Source: Octopus vulgaris
Lineage: Eukaryota
Reading direction: 5' to 3'
DNA: 64,000 nucleotides
NCBI GenBank assembly: GCA_951406725.2
Contig: OX597832.1
Location: forward strand, 16,802,001-16,866,000
Within the stretch, counting starts at the first letter, position 1. The number at the start of each line of letters is the position of its first letter. This document shows positions 12,284 through 27,414 of this stretch, piece by piece. Position numbers and translations under genes: made by a program. Under the pieces are notes generated by a model. That model searched no databases, was not told where the DNA came from, and saw nothing but the letters and a program-made list of their open reading frames with translations.

Positions 12284-12511
12284 TATTAGAAGAAATGAGG
12301 TACTCAGAAATATGGATGGTTTTATATTTACGTATATTTATTAATATGCCACATGATTTTATAAGTCACATATTAGCGCTTGCATCCACTCTAGTGGAGT
12401 CAGAGTGGACGCAAGCGCTAATGTATGATTTATAAAAAACCTGTGACATATTAACAAATATCAGTAAATATAAAACTATCCAGATTTCTGAGTACCTTAT
12501 TTCTTCTAATA
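12284..12511. repeat. Palindrome with ~110-bp arms and a 9-nt loop, followed by an ~89-bp tandem duplication to ~12637
   Basis: ...tattagcgcttgcatccactct-agtggagtc-agagtggacgcaagcgctaatg...; arms end tattagaagaaatgaggtactcagaaat / atttctgagtaccttatttcttctaata. Confidence 0.9.
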
Positions 12512-14010
12512 ACAGATACATACGCTCATACGCATATATTTACAAATATCTGTCAATATAAAACCATCCAGGTTTCTGAGTACCTTATTTCTTCTAATAA
12601 CAGATAGTTACCTTGCATACGCATATATTTACAAATATGTATGTGATTGTGTGTGCATGTTTGTGCGTGTGTTTGTGCACACGAGGTTGTGTGTAATACT
12701 AATTCTACAGACTTCTATATAGATCGTCTGATAGACAGACATATTTTGGATACGATGTGTGTTTTTACGTGTGTGATTCTGTGTTTCTACGTCTGTGTGT
12801 GTTTCAGTGCATGCGCATGTGTGTGTGTTCGCGTGCGTGTCCGCGTTGAAAATCGACATCACTCATACTGCATATTAATACACAACATGTCTTGGATTAA
12901 CTTCCTGTGTTCTTCAGTGTGTATGACAGATTTCTACTGTTCTATAAGGATCATCACGAAATTAACATTTGAAACGAATCACGGCAACTGTCAACGATTC
13001 CTTCCGCATTATTCGTGATTTTATGGTGCAGCGATATTGCAGGATATGCACTGTTATATTTATGGATTCACAATACAGAAACATCGTTTATGTAGGACTA
13101 ATTAATTAATTCACTAATGCATAATGTTTGTCATTAGACCAGGCTATGATTCAGCTGACGAAGCACTTTATCAGTGTTTTCGTCAGGGGATATTATTGAG
13201 CTTATCCATTACAAAGTTTCCGAGACAAGTGTGAAAGGGTTAAGAATACATTCTTAAACCTTTGACCTGGCCCCAGAATTTACATCAGAAAGTAATTTCG
13301 CTGAATTCAGTGAAAGAACCACGCCGCTACTGTAAGCCACTTTGGAAAATGAGATCCGAACGCGAAGAAGCAGATAATAAAATTTAAAAGACGAAAAACA
13401 AAGGTTATCTGATCCACGCTAATGTAGACCTTAGAAGTTGCTGACACCAATCAATGATTATGTCGACAAGTATTTTCAGATATTTCCCTGGGCATTTTTA
13501 AGGACCTGTAAATTATTTGTGAGCTGCTCTCTATATATCATTGCAATTAGCTGCTCTGATTCAGCTAGATTTCTCTACCGAATAGTTTCTGCCATCACTT
13601 AAAAAAAAAACACATATTATACCGTATGCACCAGTGGCACATTTAGCTGAGTTAGAATTCATTGCTTGGTCCTTTATCCATTGCCAGGTTTCTCCATTTT
13701 CACTTAATACAAATTTGTTGGCAATAACCCATCATGTTCCTTGTAAAGTGATTAGAAATAGAGAATGAGCTAAAGTGATTATTGCAACTATTGCTCAGTG
13801 CAATAGCCAGAACCTGTTGCATTATACACTTGATGGATCTATTCACCCAAAATCTATGTACACAAAGAAATATAAACTATGGACTGATAGAGTGAAATGG
13901 CCCTAATCAATTTTCGAATACTGTTGAACAGAACAACAATATGTGAACCGCACACAAATAGATATGTATACGACCAGGTGAGTGATGATGGGTTGAATTA
14001 AAACTTCTCA

Positions 14011-14400
14011 GGTGGAGGCGTGACTGCATAGTAGAAGTTTTCAAGCACATGGTTTAGGGTTCACTAACTCTGAGTTACACCTTGGTCTCAGGCCGATCAA
14101 AATCTCGATAGTGGATTTGCTAAGATGAAACTGAAAGACGACTGTCGTATATGCGTGCGTGTGTGTGTATGTGTCTGTGTATGTGAATGTGTTAGTATGC
14201 GTGGCTGTTCATGATAATTTCTCACCGTTTGACAAATGGTGTTGGTGTGCTTATGTCCCCGTAACCAAATGATTCGGCGGAAGAGACCGCAAATATGTAC
14301 CAGACTTTAATTGAATCATTACTAGTGTCGGGCTGTTCGACAAAAGTTCTTCAAGACTGTGCAGCAGCATGGCCGCAATCTAATTACAGAAGCAAGAATA
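14011..14400 (+). mobile_element. SINE family A, old diverged copy
   Basis: gtggatttgctaagatgaaactgaaag, gtccccgtaacc and cagcatggccgcaatc blocks in family order. Confidence 0.75.
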
Positions 14401-15299
14401 AGCTAAAAGGAAATATGAAAGATATGTTGAGCAGAATATATTAAGAAAATTCTTGAAACACATACCAACATTGCAAAATCTGCTAAGCCCTCGGTTAATG
14501 CATTACAAGCCAGCATAACCTTACACACCTAAAACTTAGAAACGCATATTTAATGTGTTATATCCGGAGAATAAAATAATAAATAAATAATCCGATTCCA
14601 AGTAAAGTACTTTAATGCTTTCTGCTGTTATTAACTAAAAGAAAAACACCATTAACTGTATTAGATCTGACAGTGTAAATCTATGGCATCGTAATATGTT
14701 TAGAAAACCACGTGGATATTATTGTAAACTGCAAGATGGAAAGAACAAAATGAATAAAGGAAACAATAGTCACAAATTGTGACAAACGACAATGCATTAT
14801 ATTAAATATATGGCCTCGTTATAATACGATTGCAACGCGCATCAACTATTTATTGGCTAGTGTGATGATATTTAACGGTACTTAAACATTTGTTCAATAT
14901 CAAAGTGAGTTATAGAAGATAAAAGAAAAAACAGTAATAATACTTGCTTGTACAAAATCGCTCTGAATTTGATCAGTAATAATATTTATATGTAACAAAT
15001 ATTCCTGTGCACTTTCACATACATAAGCGACAGACACACAGACACAAGCAGCAAGACATAGAAACAAACATATATGCACACACATAGACGCAGAATTAGT
15101 ACACAGTTATGTTTAAGAACATGCGTGAAAAACGTGTGCGCTGGTCTCCTTGTGAAGAGGACATGTTTATCGATTTTTCTCATCATTCTCTGTGGGTGTG
15201 TGTCTGTGTTTGTATACATATATACATACCTGCAGATATATACCTGTATAAATATTGAGATATGCAATTACGTGAATATTTATATATATACATACATGA

Positions 15300-15390
<91 letters not shown>

Positions 15391-15443
15391 ATATGAATAT
15401 ATTTATGTGTGTGTGTTTACATATATATGTATATATTTATATA

Positions 15444-15797
15444 TGCAGGAGTGGCTGTGCTGTAATAAACTTGCTTCCCAACCATATGTTTCCGTATTCA
15501 TTCCGTCTGCATTGCACCTTAGGCAAGTGTCTTCTGCTATAGCCTCCAGCAGACCAAAGACTTTGGATTTGGTAGATGGAAACTGAAGGAAGACCATCGT
15601 ATATATGTGTATATATATATATATATACTCTATGTGTGTTTGCGTTTTCCACCACCATCGCTTGACAAGCGATGTTGGTGTGCTTACGTCAATAGAATAA
15701 TACTATGCTTATAATGAATAAGTCCTGAGCTGGATTCGTTCGACTAAAGGCGATTCACCAGCATGGTCGCAGTCAAAAGACTGAAACAAGTAAAAGA
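15444..15797 (+). mobile_element. SINE family A
   Basis: gcaggagtggctgtg head through cagcatggtcgcagtcaaaagactgaaacaagtaaaag tail. Confidence 0.85.
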
Positions 15798-15799
15798 AA

Positions 15800-15881
<82 letters not shown>

Positions 15882-15964
15882 TTTATGTATATGTATATAT
15901 AAATGCATATATAGGTAAATTTTAAAATTAAGTTAGAGATATACGTACCAGTTAATAATGATGG

Positions 15965-16052
<88 letters not shown>

Positions 16053-16299
16053 ATGTGCGTGTGTGTGTGTATTATACATATATGATAGCAACATGACTGT
16101 TGTTTGACTCTTTGTATCAAGTTGCCTTCTACACCAGTTAATGAATGTTCATGAAACTTCACAAACATGCTAAAATAACGTCCAGTTACCTATATATAAT
16201 TAATGAAAAAATGTATAATAAATACTAACATAATAAATAATATTTAAATAAGCATTCTACATTACGTGGACTTTCTGGATCATTCTCGTTGATAAGGCT

Positions 16300-17017
16300 T
16301 GTGTGCAGTATAATTCTCATTGCAAGTCCCACAACAGATGGGTATTTGCACAAAGTTGGTTACTATAGCAAAGCAGCATAAAGGAAACCACTGTTTCAAC
16401 CAGCCAAGCGGAGAAAAGATTGGGCCAATTATATAGTGGACAGACCACTAGAAATTTAGACATGAGTAAAGATTTGCTGTATTTACTGAGAGTTGTTGAG
16501 TGTGGGTATGGGACTCTGTGACGAAGCAGTTAATGTGAAAAGATTGCAGCCAACAATGAAACACCGCAGCCATTCTGTGCAATTTGGAGGAATGGTTGAA
16601 CAGAGCTGGTGGAGTGGAAGGGAAACATAAACTAGGATAAGTACGTGTCCATATTTTAGAAAGGACTTCCATCTTCTCCTGTGCTGAAATGATTAAAGGA
16701 TACTCTTTATTTATGGAAGATAGGGCTCCTAGTCGTAGGGTTAGGATGACCCAAGATTTCCCGGATCAATAAGGTATTAAAAAGCTTCCGTGGCCAAGCC
16801 AGTCACCAAATATGAACTCTATCGAGCACCTCTGGAACATAATGGAAATGCACTTCATTAAAAGAACAAGAAGGCATATCCAAAGTCAGATATTTTGAGA
16901 TTAGTGCATGAAACCTGGCAAGAAATTCTGCAAGAGAATATTCATCATCTGATCAGTGACAAGCTTTATAACGTCCGTTTATAGAAAGATGCAAAGGGCA
17001 TGTCTACTAAATATTAA
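16300..17017 (+). pseudogene. Tc1-like (DD34E-type) transposase remnant
   Basis: From 16710: FMEDRAPSRRVRMTQDFPDQ*GIKKLPWPSQSPNMNSIEHLW (Tc1 motif QDNAP..WP.QSPDLNPIEHLW); ends KDAKGMSTKY*. Contains stops and frameshifts; 5' limit approximate. Confidence 0.85.
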
Positions 17018-17170
17018 ATGTATTCATATTATAATAATTAATAAATAATTTGGACTTGTGGTCTTGGTCGTTTTGACTGCTTCTTCTAGCGTGGCAAAAT
17101 TACCTGTTAAAGGTAGTTTTCTCTTGTGGTTAAATGTACACTGTTTTATATTGGGTATATACATATACAC

Positions 17171-17238
<68 letters not shown>

Positions 17239-17744
17239 CATATATATATATATAAGTGTGTATATATGTGTGTATATATATATTTTTTTTTTCTAGTTTC
17301 AGAGCTGCGGCCCATGCTGATATAAACATATATATATATACTCACACAGATATACGTGTGCATTTATACAAAATATGGTGCTTGCTTTCGCGAGATTAAA
17401 GATTATTAACTCTAATTTGTATTCCTTCGGGACACTAGATGATCAATTTCTCCAACCCCATCGCCAATACTGCCGCGAATATCACCCCACTAAAGACTTT
17501 GTCAAAGCACCAACATGTTAGTTTTGTTGGGCATGTTGGGAGAAAATTGTTTAGAGAAAATTCAGCTAACATCCCCAAGGTACTTAACTTGGAAGCTATG
17601 GTCAATATTCCGGACAAAACATTAACAGCATCTGTTTATACTTATGCATACGTCTGTGTGTGTGTGTAATTATAAATGCATTGCCGAGCTCAAATGTATG
17701 TGTGTGTATGTATGTATATTTCTGTGTCTATGTAACGCTACATG

Positions 17745-18000
17745 ATAACCTAACGAAAAAGAATTACCATATCGGGTTATCCGAAGGTGACTTTAAAAGA
17801 CGCAATGCTAGCCACCTATTGTCTTTCGGCACATTTACAAACAAAAATCCACTATATTGGCTTGTCACGTAAGTATCAACAGCACCCCACATGCTCTCAA
17901 GTAGATAATCGCTGAAAGATCAATGCAAGTTATGTATAGCTGAAGATCTCACAACTGATTTAGATCCAAGAACTCCAACGCAATGCTGAAATCCAGCAAA
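17745..18000 (+). pseudogene. Penelope-like element GIY-YIG endonuclease remnant
   Basis: KNYHIGLSEGDFKRRNASHLLSF (YIG.TE..FK.RY.NH..SF) followed downstream by CKLCIAE (PLE C-terminal CxLC..E motif). Confidence 0.7.
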
Positions 18001-19406
18001 GGGACGTTCAGCTGATGCAAATATATGCACTAGTTTCCTTTAGAGATGTAGAGAACACTACCTTCTCCAGATTGAGCAGCTTTATCGCAGACGCCTTCAG
18101 TTAAATCTACACCATCTAGCCTCGTGAAAGTACGATCAAAGGAGGCATAATTCTGGTTCTATTTCTTTCTCTCCTTTCTTTTTCCGTTTTGATTTTCACC
18201 CTTCTACATTCATCCTATATTTCAACCTTCCACCTTCATCCTATTGATTTTAACAAACCACTTTCATCCTAATTTTACTCGTGTCTTGTCTTGTTTTATT
18301 GCCCAGATATAAGACGTATATCGACTCAGAACCTGAGAATCATTTGTGGACACTACGTGGGTATTAGAACCTGCTTAAGTAACATATTCAGTTTATCAAA
18401 CTATTAGTTCTTCATTACTATATATTATGTACGTTAAACCATATTTATATTTCACCGGACGGAGTACGTTATTTCTTGATCTTAAGTTATCTGAACAGTA
18501 AACTGTATATAAATTTGTCTACGTTTTTGTTTGAACTCATTTTGCTTTATTTTTGTCCTTATCGCTGTTGTTTTTGTTATTATTGTCATTGCTGGAACTG
18601 AGTTTTGCAATTCGCTTCGTGTTATTTTTGTTATCATCAAAAAAAGACTTTCCTGAGGTAATTTTTGATCAGCTAATTCGGTATACCTTTGTTATAATTT
18701 TTTTTTTTTCAGTTGTGCTTTGCCGTTTATTAATAATGAGAGGGAAACTTTGTGAAGTAAGACGTTAATAAATTATTTTCTTTCTTTTCTTTTATTTTAT
18801 ATAAACCATATTATGTGCATCTCTGTATATAGTATTGAAAATTAGACATGCAGTATGACAAATACACGTCGTTCGATTACTTGTAACAATCTTTTATTCG
18901 TTATAGGCATGTTGACAGTATTCTCTTCAAAATTTAACAATTGTGTCATTCGAAAATATTAACTCGAATTTGCTGTACACGCATGTATTGGGGGAGTCTT
19001 TTTACTCTGTTTTACAATACTTAGTTTTATTTATCTATCGAAAATCTCTCACACAATGTCTGTATGAACATTTTCTTCTACTTTTTAAAATTGTAAAATT
19101 TTCTAATTTTTAATTATTATTACTTTTCCCCATTTTTTATTTTGCTTTTAGTATTAATCTGTCAATTTTAGAACTTCATTTCTATAAACCACTTCGAATA
19201 TCAAGTAATTGACAAAAAAATAATAATAATAACCAATTATAAATTGGTTATTACTACCAACGTATTTCAGTATACGTTTTATTAAGTCATCTTCTATCTA
19301 TATAGTTCTCTGTGTTTGTATATATATTTATATACGAATAAATATTCATAAAAGGATAGATGGACATATGCATATATACATACAGACAGACGGACACACA
19401 TATATG

Positions 19407-19449
<43 letters not shown>

Positions 19450-19974
19450 CTTAAAAAAATGTTATCTAAAACAATTTGTTGATCTATTGAAAAGAGTATC
19501 TATTTATCTATAACATGCGCTAAATATCTATTCATGTACATTGCTAACTTTCTTTACATGCGAAGATATATCTCACAATTTTTGACTCGCACCCACTCAC
19601 TCTTCCGATATACCTCTCATCAGGACGTTTTCCCAGGGGAAGTGGTTGAGTTTGAAAGCTTTATAGTAAAATAGAGAGATACACACACAGACACACACAT
19701 ACAGAAACAGAGAGGGAGGAAGAAAGACCGATAGTTAGAGAAAGAGAAAGAGATACAAAGAGACACATATACGCATATACACCAACGTCCCTACACACAC
19801 TCACAGATACATACATAAACATATACACCCACACACATTTATATAAATATATATATATGAGGGTATATATGGACATTTAATTATACATATTTATTATATA
19901 TCTATATTTGTGGGAGCCTCTGTATCTATTGGTAGATACCGAAAACCTATGCGCAAACATGTAAATGTATATAT

Positions 19975-20050
19975 GCACAACGTATATACATATACATATA
20001 CATACATATATATGTATATATATATATATGTATATATATGTATATATATG

Positions 20051-20095
<45 letters not shown>

Positions 20096-20230
20096 TGATA
20101 TATATTTATATATATATATATATAAATACACACAAATATATATACAAATATATATACAAATATACATATACAAATATATATACAAATATACATATACAAA
20201 TATATATACAAATATATATATATACAAATA
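19975..20230. repeat. Complex TA/CA-rich low-complexity tract
   Basis: Direct reading. Confidence 0.9.
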
Positions 20231-20949
20231 TAATATTAATAAAGATTATACTCATGAGGTACCATTAACTATAATCTTCAAGAATGTTCCCAGCCAGTAA
20301 ATAACAAATTTTCCTGTATATTGTTTAGAACATGTAATATTCCCATTGGTCTATTATCATTCAAATTCTAACTTCTGCCTTAATGATTCTATTCTTTTCC
20401 TCCCTCATTTCACGATAACATCTCTGTTTCTTAAATGGTTTGAGCAATAAAGAGTAACTTTAAAAATACATGTAAAAATACAGATGAAAATATAAATGGG
20501 TGCGTGTCTATGTATGTGTCTCTGCGTGCCATGTAATTTATATATATATATATATATATGCATGTATGTGCGTATGAATGTAGGCATATAGTATATATGT
20601 ATGCATGTGTGTGAGTATGTCAGACCTTACACACCGACTTATGACTGATTTTCATCTTAGATATAAATGTAAACAGACTGACATTAAGATAGAAAGATAT
20701 GCATTAAAAGCTAGGGAAAACGATGGAAACAGAGAAATATAAATAAACATGTATGGATATAAAAGTATATGAGTTTTAGGAGCAAGCACACAAACACATA
20801 TCACATATATTCTCTTTACATCATTATTTCTTTTCTCTCTCTCTTCCCTACAGACACACACACATATATATATATATGTATGTATGTATGCATGCGTATG
20901 TATACATATGCAGATAGGTAGATAGAAGGATAGATAAATAGATAGATAC

Positions 20950-20992
<43 letters not shown>

Positions 20993-21180
20993 AGTATGCA
21001 TGCATATATATATATATAGATAGATAAAAGAATAGATAGATACATATACATATATATGTATGTATATAAATATACATATATATACATATAAGCATATGTA
21101 CGTTATATACATGTGTGTATATATATATATGTATGTATGTATATATATGTGTGTACATATATATATATTTATGCATATTG

Positions 21181-21211
<31 letters not shown>

Positions 21212-21952
21212 CACGCGCACACTCACACACTTTCATATCTGTATAAGTATAAATATAGACACCTATATATATATATGTATATATGTATATGAGTGTTTGT
21301 GTGTGTGTGTGTGTGCTTGCTTGTGTGCGCGTGTTTGCAAGTATGTATGACTTTGCTCTTATGCACAGCAACCATCGTTTTCCATCTATAGCATTTATAT
21401 ACCATGGATTATACTTATGTGCATATTTTTTCTATAAAATTTTATATTGAATTGATTTCTGCGTACATATACAGAAAACATTTCAGTGAAACACACAAAC
21501 ACACATACACACAGATACGATAATACCCATATGCATTCTTTTGTGAAAGGGTTTCTCTGTGCATAATGTAATATGCTATTAGCTTTATGAATTTGCCGAA
21601 GTTGAGAGTCGAACGAACCAAATCGATAAAGAGAATTATCATAATAGAAAAATATTAGTGTTATTGTTTAAATGCGGGACACAAGCCACTAAAATACGCC
21701 ACGAAGCTATATAAGGACACTGTAACAAAATTACTCATGTCTCAGTTTAATGGTTGCTGATAACTTGCAGTGTAATATATATATCAGCGAATTTGAAGAG
21801 AATTGTCGACATATATGTTTTTGCTATTTTTTTTTTTTTCGTTTTTTTTTAATATCCATATTCTAAAAAAATATTTTATTTGATTGTCTTTTATAGAATT
21901 GAATCGTAACTATTCAATTTATGCGAGCATGCGAGCACATAAACCCAGCAGA

Positions 21953-21954
<2 letters not shown>

Positions 21955-22001
<47 letters not shown>

Positions 22002-22008
22002 TGTGTGC

Positions 22009-22074
<66 letters not shown>

Positions 22075-22077
22075 GTA

Positions 22078-22159
<82 letters not shown>

Positions 22160-22180
22160 TATATGTAGAGAGAGAGAGAC
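21955..22180. repeat. (TA)n/(TG)n compound microsatellite
   Basis: Direct reading. Confidence 0.95.
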
Positions 22181-22734
22181 ATATTTACATGTCCTATTAG
22201 TAGATATTAATATATATATATATATATATATTTGTATGTATGTAAGTTACATATTTCATTTCTACTCTCTGAAACACACATTATTTACCCAGAGAATCAC
22301 ATATGGTGAGAGAAAGATTGAGCGAAATTAAAAATAAACATGTATTCATATTATGTATGCATTGAGATAATAAGTAATTCGCTTTAAGCTATGTCGTGAA
22401 AGGGAACGGCGTCTGAAATCACATGACTAAGAATATCTAGAAGCTAAGGTTCAATGGCCCACAACATATTGTCGAATTCAATCAAAGTCCTTGGTAGTTT
22501 ATTTTCTGCATCTTTTTCTCTTTTATATTTTCTTAATATTCACCATTAGTGACTGGTTTAAAATAAGCCAGATCAAAATAGCTGTCTCTGTTTCTTAGGG
22601 CTAGGGAGTAGGTCGATTATATCCACCCCAGTGTTCGTTCGGCTGGTACTTATTTTATCAACCCAGGATGTATGTTTATTAAAAAAAAACATCTATATAA
22701 TGACAGATAATAACTTTATTTATCAGAAAATACT

Positions 22735-23890
22735 ATGAGGGTAAAAATAAACATTCTTTTCCATAATGTTATTCAATAAAGCCACCTTCAGATACAACAA
22801 CTTCTTCTATATCAGATCTAAATCATCTACATACTCGAATCAAGAGGTCCCAGTTCATTTTGGACATCACTCTGACTATGACAGCTTTCAAGGAATCTTT
22901 GGTGTTATGGGCTTGTTAACCTCTCTCTCTCTCTCAACAACGCTCCACATGTAGTAGTCCAATAGATTGAAACCTGGGAAATTAGGAGGCCAAATGTTAG
23001 GGGTTATGTGATCATGAAAAATTTCAGCCAACCATTCCTGTGTTATTAGAGCCATATCTGAATTTACTGATGCACATATGACTTTCCTATCCAGGGATTA
23101 ACAGTTTTTTCCAGGACCCCAATGTAGGCGACACAGTTAAAACCAAGGCCTTGTGGAAGGAACTAAGGTGGCATCACACGTCTCTCATTGCTGACAACCC
23201 CTATACGCATGACAGCAGCAGCAAATTTTGTATGCATAATATTTGAAACTTCAAAAGGCTCTGCACATAAGCATCTGTCATTTTTTGTTAACTTTTTGAT
23301 CTTGGTCGAAGTTTTTCTCGTTTGAGAAAAACTATATCAAATCACCTTCTGCTTGATTTTTCAGTTTGTTTAAAAGACTTTTAGATCTGATGTAGTGATA
23401 TTCTTATGCGTTTTCTGATAAAATTGACCTTTCCTCATCATATACGATTAATATCTGATGTTTTCGTGAACAACATTTCTGACTGTTCCTTCTAACACTT
23501 GAAGATCTTTTGCAATTGACCATATTGACTTTCGGGGAATGTGATCATCAATGGTCTATTGAACTTGCTGGATGAATTCATGTGTTCTGATGATTTCAGA
23601 CCGTTTAGAACGTTTTTCATGCCTTGATACTGGTGATACGTTTCCATTTTCAATCTCTAGCTCCTTACAAACTTTGTAGACGAAAGATCTGGCAACATTT
23701 AAATAGCGACATATTTCTAAATTGTTATGTTCAGCCTTTATAACCACAATAACAACAGGCTTCTTCATCTCTTGAGTAAGCTGAAGGCATGCTATTATTA
23801 TTTTCTGAAACAAAGAGTATACAGAGTTAACAAAAATGCAGCAATGACCCAAAAAACGTATGTCCTCAAATACCATACGCACCCTCTATG
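22735..23890 (-). mobile_element. Decayed maT/DD37D-like Tc1/mariner transposon (transposase pseudogene ~22769-23790)
   Basis: N-terminal HTH-like LEICRYLNVARSFVYKV; C-terminal NIWPPNFPGFNLLDYYMWSVVE (WPP.SPDLNPLDY.VW) and FRSDIEEVVVSEGGFIE*. GAGGGT-like termini. Confidence 0.85.
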
Positions 23891-24288
23891 TGCCTGTACT
23901 CGCTCTCTATTGTTTATTTTAAGTTTAGAATAGGATTATTGGTACGTACGATATAACATGTATGTGCATACACTCACAGTAAATATTATGCGCGCGCATA
24001 TGTCTATGTGTGTAGGAGAGAGCGTATCTGCTGTTAAAATCGTTGTATTTCAATGACTGTAAGACAGAATATTTTGAAGGAAAATACAAATATTTCGTCT
24101 CTCTATAGATGGTTAATATATTCTGATTTATTTTCACAAAATTGATTTTCATTTCGATTTGCTAGATATAAATATTTACCAAAATAACAATGTATAAAGT
24201 AGTATATTTTAATCTGCTGGCAATAAAAACTGAGAGAAGAGGAAAACAATTATCTGTGTCTCTGTCTCTATCGTTCTAGATATCTGCG

Positions 24289-24482
<194 letters not shown>

Positions 24483-24698
24483 TTTCTCGATCGATCGACT
24501 GAGCGAGCGATCCATATGTGTATATATATATATATATGGATGTTTTTGTTATGCTTGCATGTGTGTATATTTGTGCTTATGAGTTTCGTTTTTATGTAGC
24601 GGGGAAATAACAAGCAGTATATCAATCAAAATCATAATTTTGTAGGCCACAGTGAATCAGCTTATAAATTCTGGAAAACAAACACACACATACACACA

Positions 24699-24748
<50 letters not shown>

Positions 24749-25169
24749 CTAATACCCAAATGCTAAATATTTAGATACATATACATAGTATCATGTATGT
24801 ACATGTCTGTGTGCGTCTATATATATTATGTATAAATACAAACGGAAAGAGAGAGAGACACACACACGCAGACAAACATTTACATATACGCGTAATCTCC
24901 CATAATCTGGAAGTTCCAGTGAGGCATGGGCTGCTCTTGTGCCCCACTCTTATGAACTATTTTGTTGCCCAGTGTTCTAGTTCCTGACAACCAATGACGT
25001 CACGGATCAATTTATCAAATAATTACTCACCGTGATTTTTCACTCCAGCTGTAGCGCACATACGTTCGCCTCATGGCCAAGGTTGTGCTGTGTCCTCTCA
25101 TTATCTTTTCTATCACTACTATAATGATATTTACTCCTCGGAGCTAGATTTTTTCTTATATTCATTCTT

Positions 25170-25520
25170 TGAGGTTCTTCACCAGACTCCTTCCTCCAGC
25201 AGACACCCCTCTGTACAAGTTGCATCTCTCCACCAAGCTCGTCTTTTCACATCCTCTGTACAAGTTGCATCCCTCCACCAAGCTCGTCTTTTCACAAAAA
25301 TAATCACTCCATCAAACTCATTTCTCCACCAGACTTATCTCTCCACATGATTCGTCTCCTCACAACACTTCTCTCCAATGGGCACATTTGTTCACCTAGC
25401 TCTGTTCAACAGACATCTCTCTACTAAGGCCATGCCCTGAAAAGAGCCATCTCTCTAGCAGAGCCATATCACTGCAATACCTATCTCTCCGTCAGGCTCA
25501 GATCTCCACAAAACTCATCA
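25170..25520. repeat. Degenerate pyrimidine-rich minisatellite with a 45-bp tandem duplication (25209-25297)
   Basis: cctctgtacaagttgcatc[t/c]ctccaccaagctcgtcttttcaca occurs twice; tctctccaccag-like units recur. Confidence 0.65.
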
Positions 25521-25884
25521 TTCATCACGATGCTATAATGCAACAATCCCTTTTCACTGTACTAAATATTCGGCTCTGATTCTTCTTCTTATGAATATCG
25601 GCTTTATAACATCTTCCGTTCTGCTTATTTCTTTCTTGCAGACATTTATTTGTTTAAATGAGCCAGCCTCATTAGACATTATTGGATTGCGAGATTCAGG
25701 GGGTGCTGTCTTTTGCCCCAGGCTCAGAAAGAAGCGAGTGTGCGCATGCACGCGCGTGTGTGTACACATGCATGCGAGCATAAACACAGAGACTGGCAGA
25801 AAGACATACAGACACACAAACACACACTCATATACACACTGACACGTGCGCACACACATATACACATACATACATATATGCATG

Positions 25885-26661
25885 GATACGTTAGTAGAAA
25901 GCTACGTGATCATAGTAACATCGATCATCAAAGTAGTTTATCATGGACCAATAGTCGGATTACTACCTCCCACTTTGAATGGTATGCGTTTTCTATTCAG
26001 GAACAGGAAATATCAACGAAGTACTTGATGTCCAAAAGGGATAGAGATGCGGGAAAAGCCCTAAAATATGACAACCGATGCAGACTTTGTGGAGTTCACG
26101 CTGAAGATATCACCCATATCATAAGCATTTGTCAGAAAATGCCATTACGGTATTATCTATCGATGGGACATGATGTTGTAGCTAGGCCATTCTATAATGA
26201 AATCCCTCAGAAGGATAATTCCGAAGATAAAGAAATAAGAACGCACAATATGGTAGAATCCATAGCCACTCATAATAAAAAGGAGTACTGGCAGAATGTA
26301 CCAATGAAGTCCCCAATAAAATGTAAGCACAACAAGTCTGAACCTGATATAATGATTTGGGATAGGGAAGAGAAACTGTGGAGTTGAGGAAATTGGCTGT
26401 CTAGCGAATGTTAACGTAAAGTTGAAGATCAATGAAAAAGAAAACACCTATTTTGAACTATTGAAAAATCTGAAGTTACTCTATCCAGATTACAAGTTGA
26501 GGTTTATACCTGTAATTATTGGGAACCTGGGGTATATAATACAATGCCTAAATACAATCCTTGAGAATATAGTCTTCTCAAATCCAGAAAGGAGGAAGCT
26601 AATTCGAAGACTACAGATCCAAGCCATCACTGGAATTGTAAAATTCTGTAAGACTTTCTAG
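25885..26661 (+). pseudogene. Non-LTR retrotransposon C-terminus (CCHC zinc knuckle + PD-(D/E)xK restriction-like endonuclease), R4/NeSL-like
   Basis: CRLCGVHAEDITHIISIC...GHDVVA...EPDIMIWDREEK, then KENTY...FIPVIIGNLG after a frameshift. Confidence 0.85.
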
Positions 26662-27414
26662 AAGTGTATCATTTAAATATATATGAGCATGTGTAGATAT
26701 CTAACTATATGCTTGAGAATACATACATAAGACATACAAATCTGCACATACATACATACATTCATACATACATACACACATGCATACATACGTACATACA
26801 AAAATACCCTGATGTTGATGTTGATTTTCCAATGAAGGCGCCTTGGATGTAGGTTAGAAACCGGTTCTTCTTTTGGCAAGAAATCTTGAAATAAACTGAA
26901 TAATAATATACATTTATATGAACATTTCAGAAGTGTAACATTTAATATCAAATTGACGCTTGACGGCCATGCAAATAAAACTGATTTAAGCATGGAGGCG
27001 TCTAAACATACAGAGGCAACGATATTCATAAACGCACATAAGCATAAGTTCCTAGAATTCCATCGCTATCGAAAACGTTGTTGCACAGCTACACAATTAT
27101 CTTACGCAGAACAGGTGATATGATTTATCAATTTTCAGACTGTATTCCAGTATAAGTAGCACATACGCAAAGGTCGCAGGTGGTTATCGGTAATGGAGTT
27201 TTAGTGTTGATGAATTACGTCAAATTATATAAGTTAAATAACATTCGCACAAATGCGGAATATATATACAATGTATGTGTATATGTGCATGTATATATAA
27301 TGTAGTCAAGTAAAAAAAAAAGCGAAGAGAAAAAGAAAGAAAAAAACAAACAACATATTGGACGTAGTTCAAACAATGTATTAATAGGAGGCTCAGAGAA
27401 AGAAAAGAGTAAAT

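Noticed and set aside
13155-13186. ctgacgaagcact...agtgttttcgtcag hairpin containing CUGACGA
   Set aside because: Simple short palindrome with no downstream GAAA or stem III.
17435-17669. Non-repetitive-looking ORFs on both strands as a possible host exon
   Set aside because: No recognisable domain or convincing splice context; lies among decayed transposon fragments.
25170-25520. CRISPR-like array
   Set aside because: Degenerate minisatellite without constant repeats or unique spacers; eukaryotic context and no cas genes.
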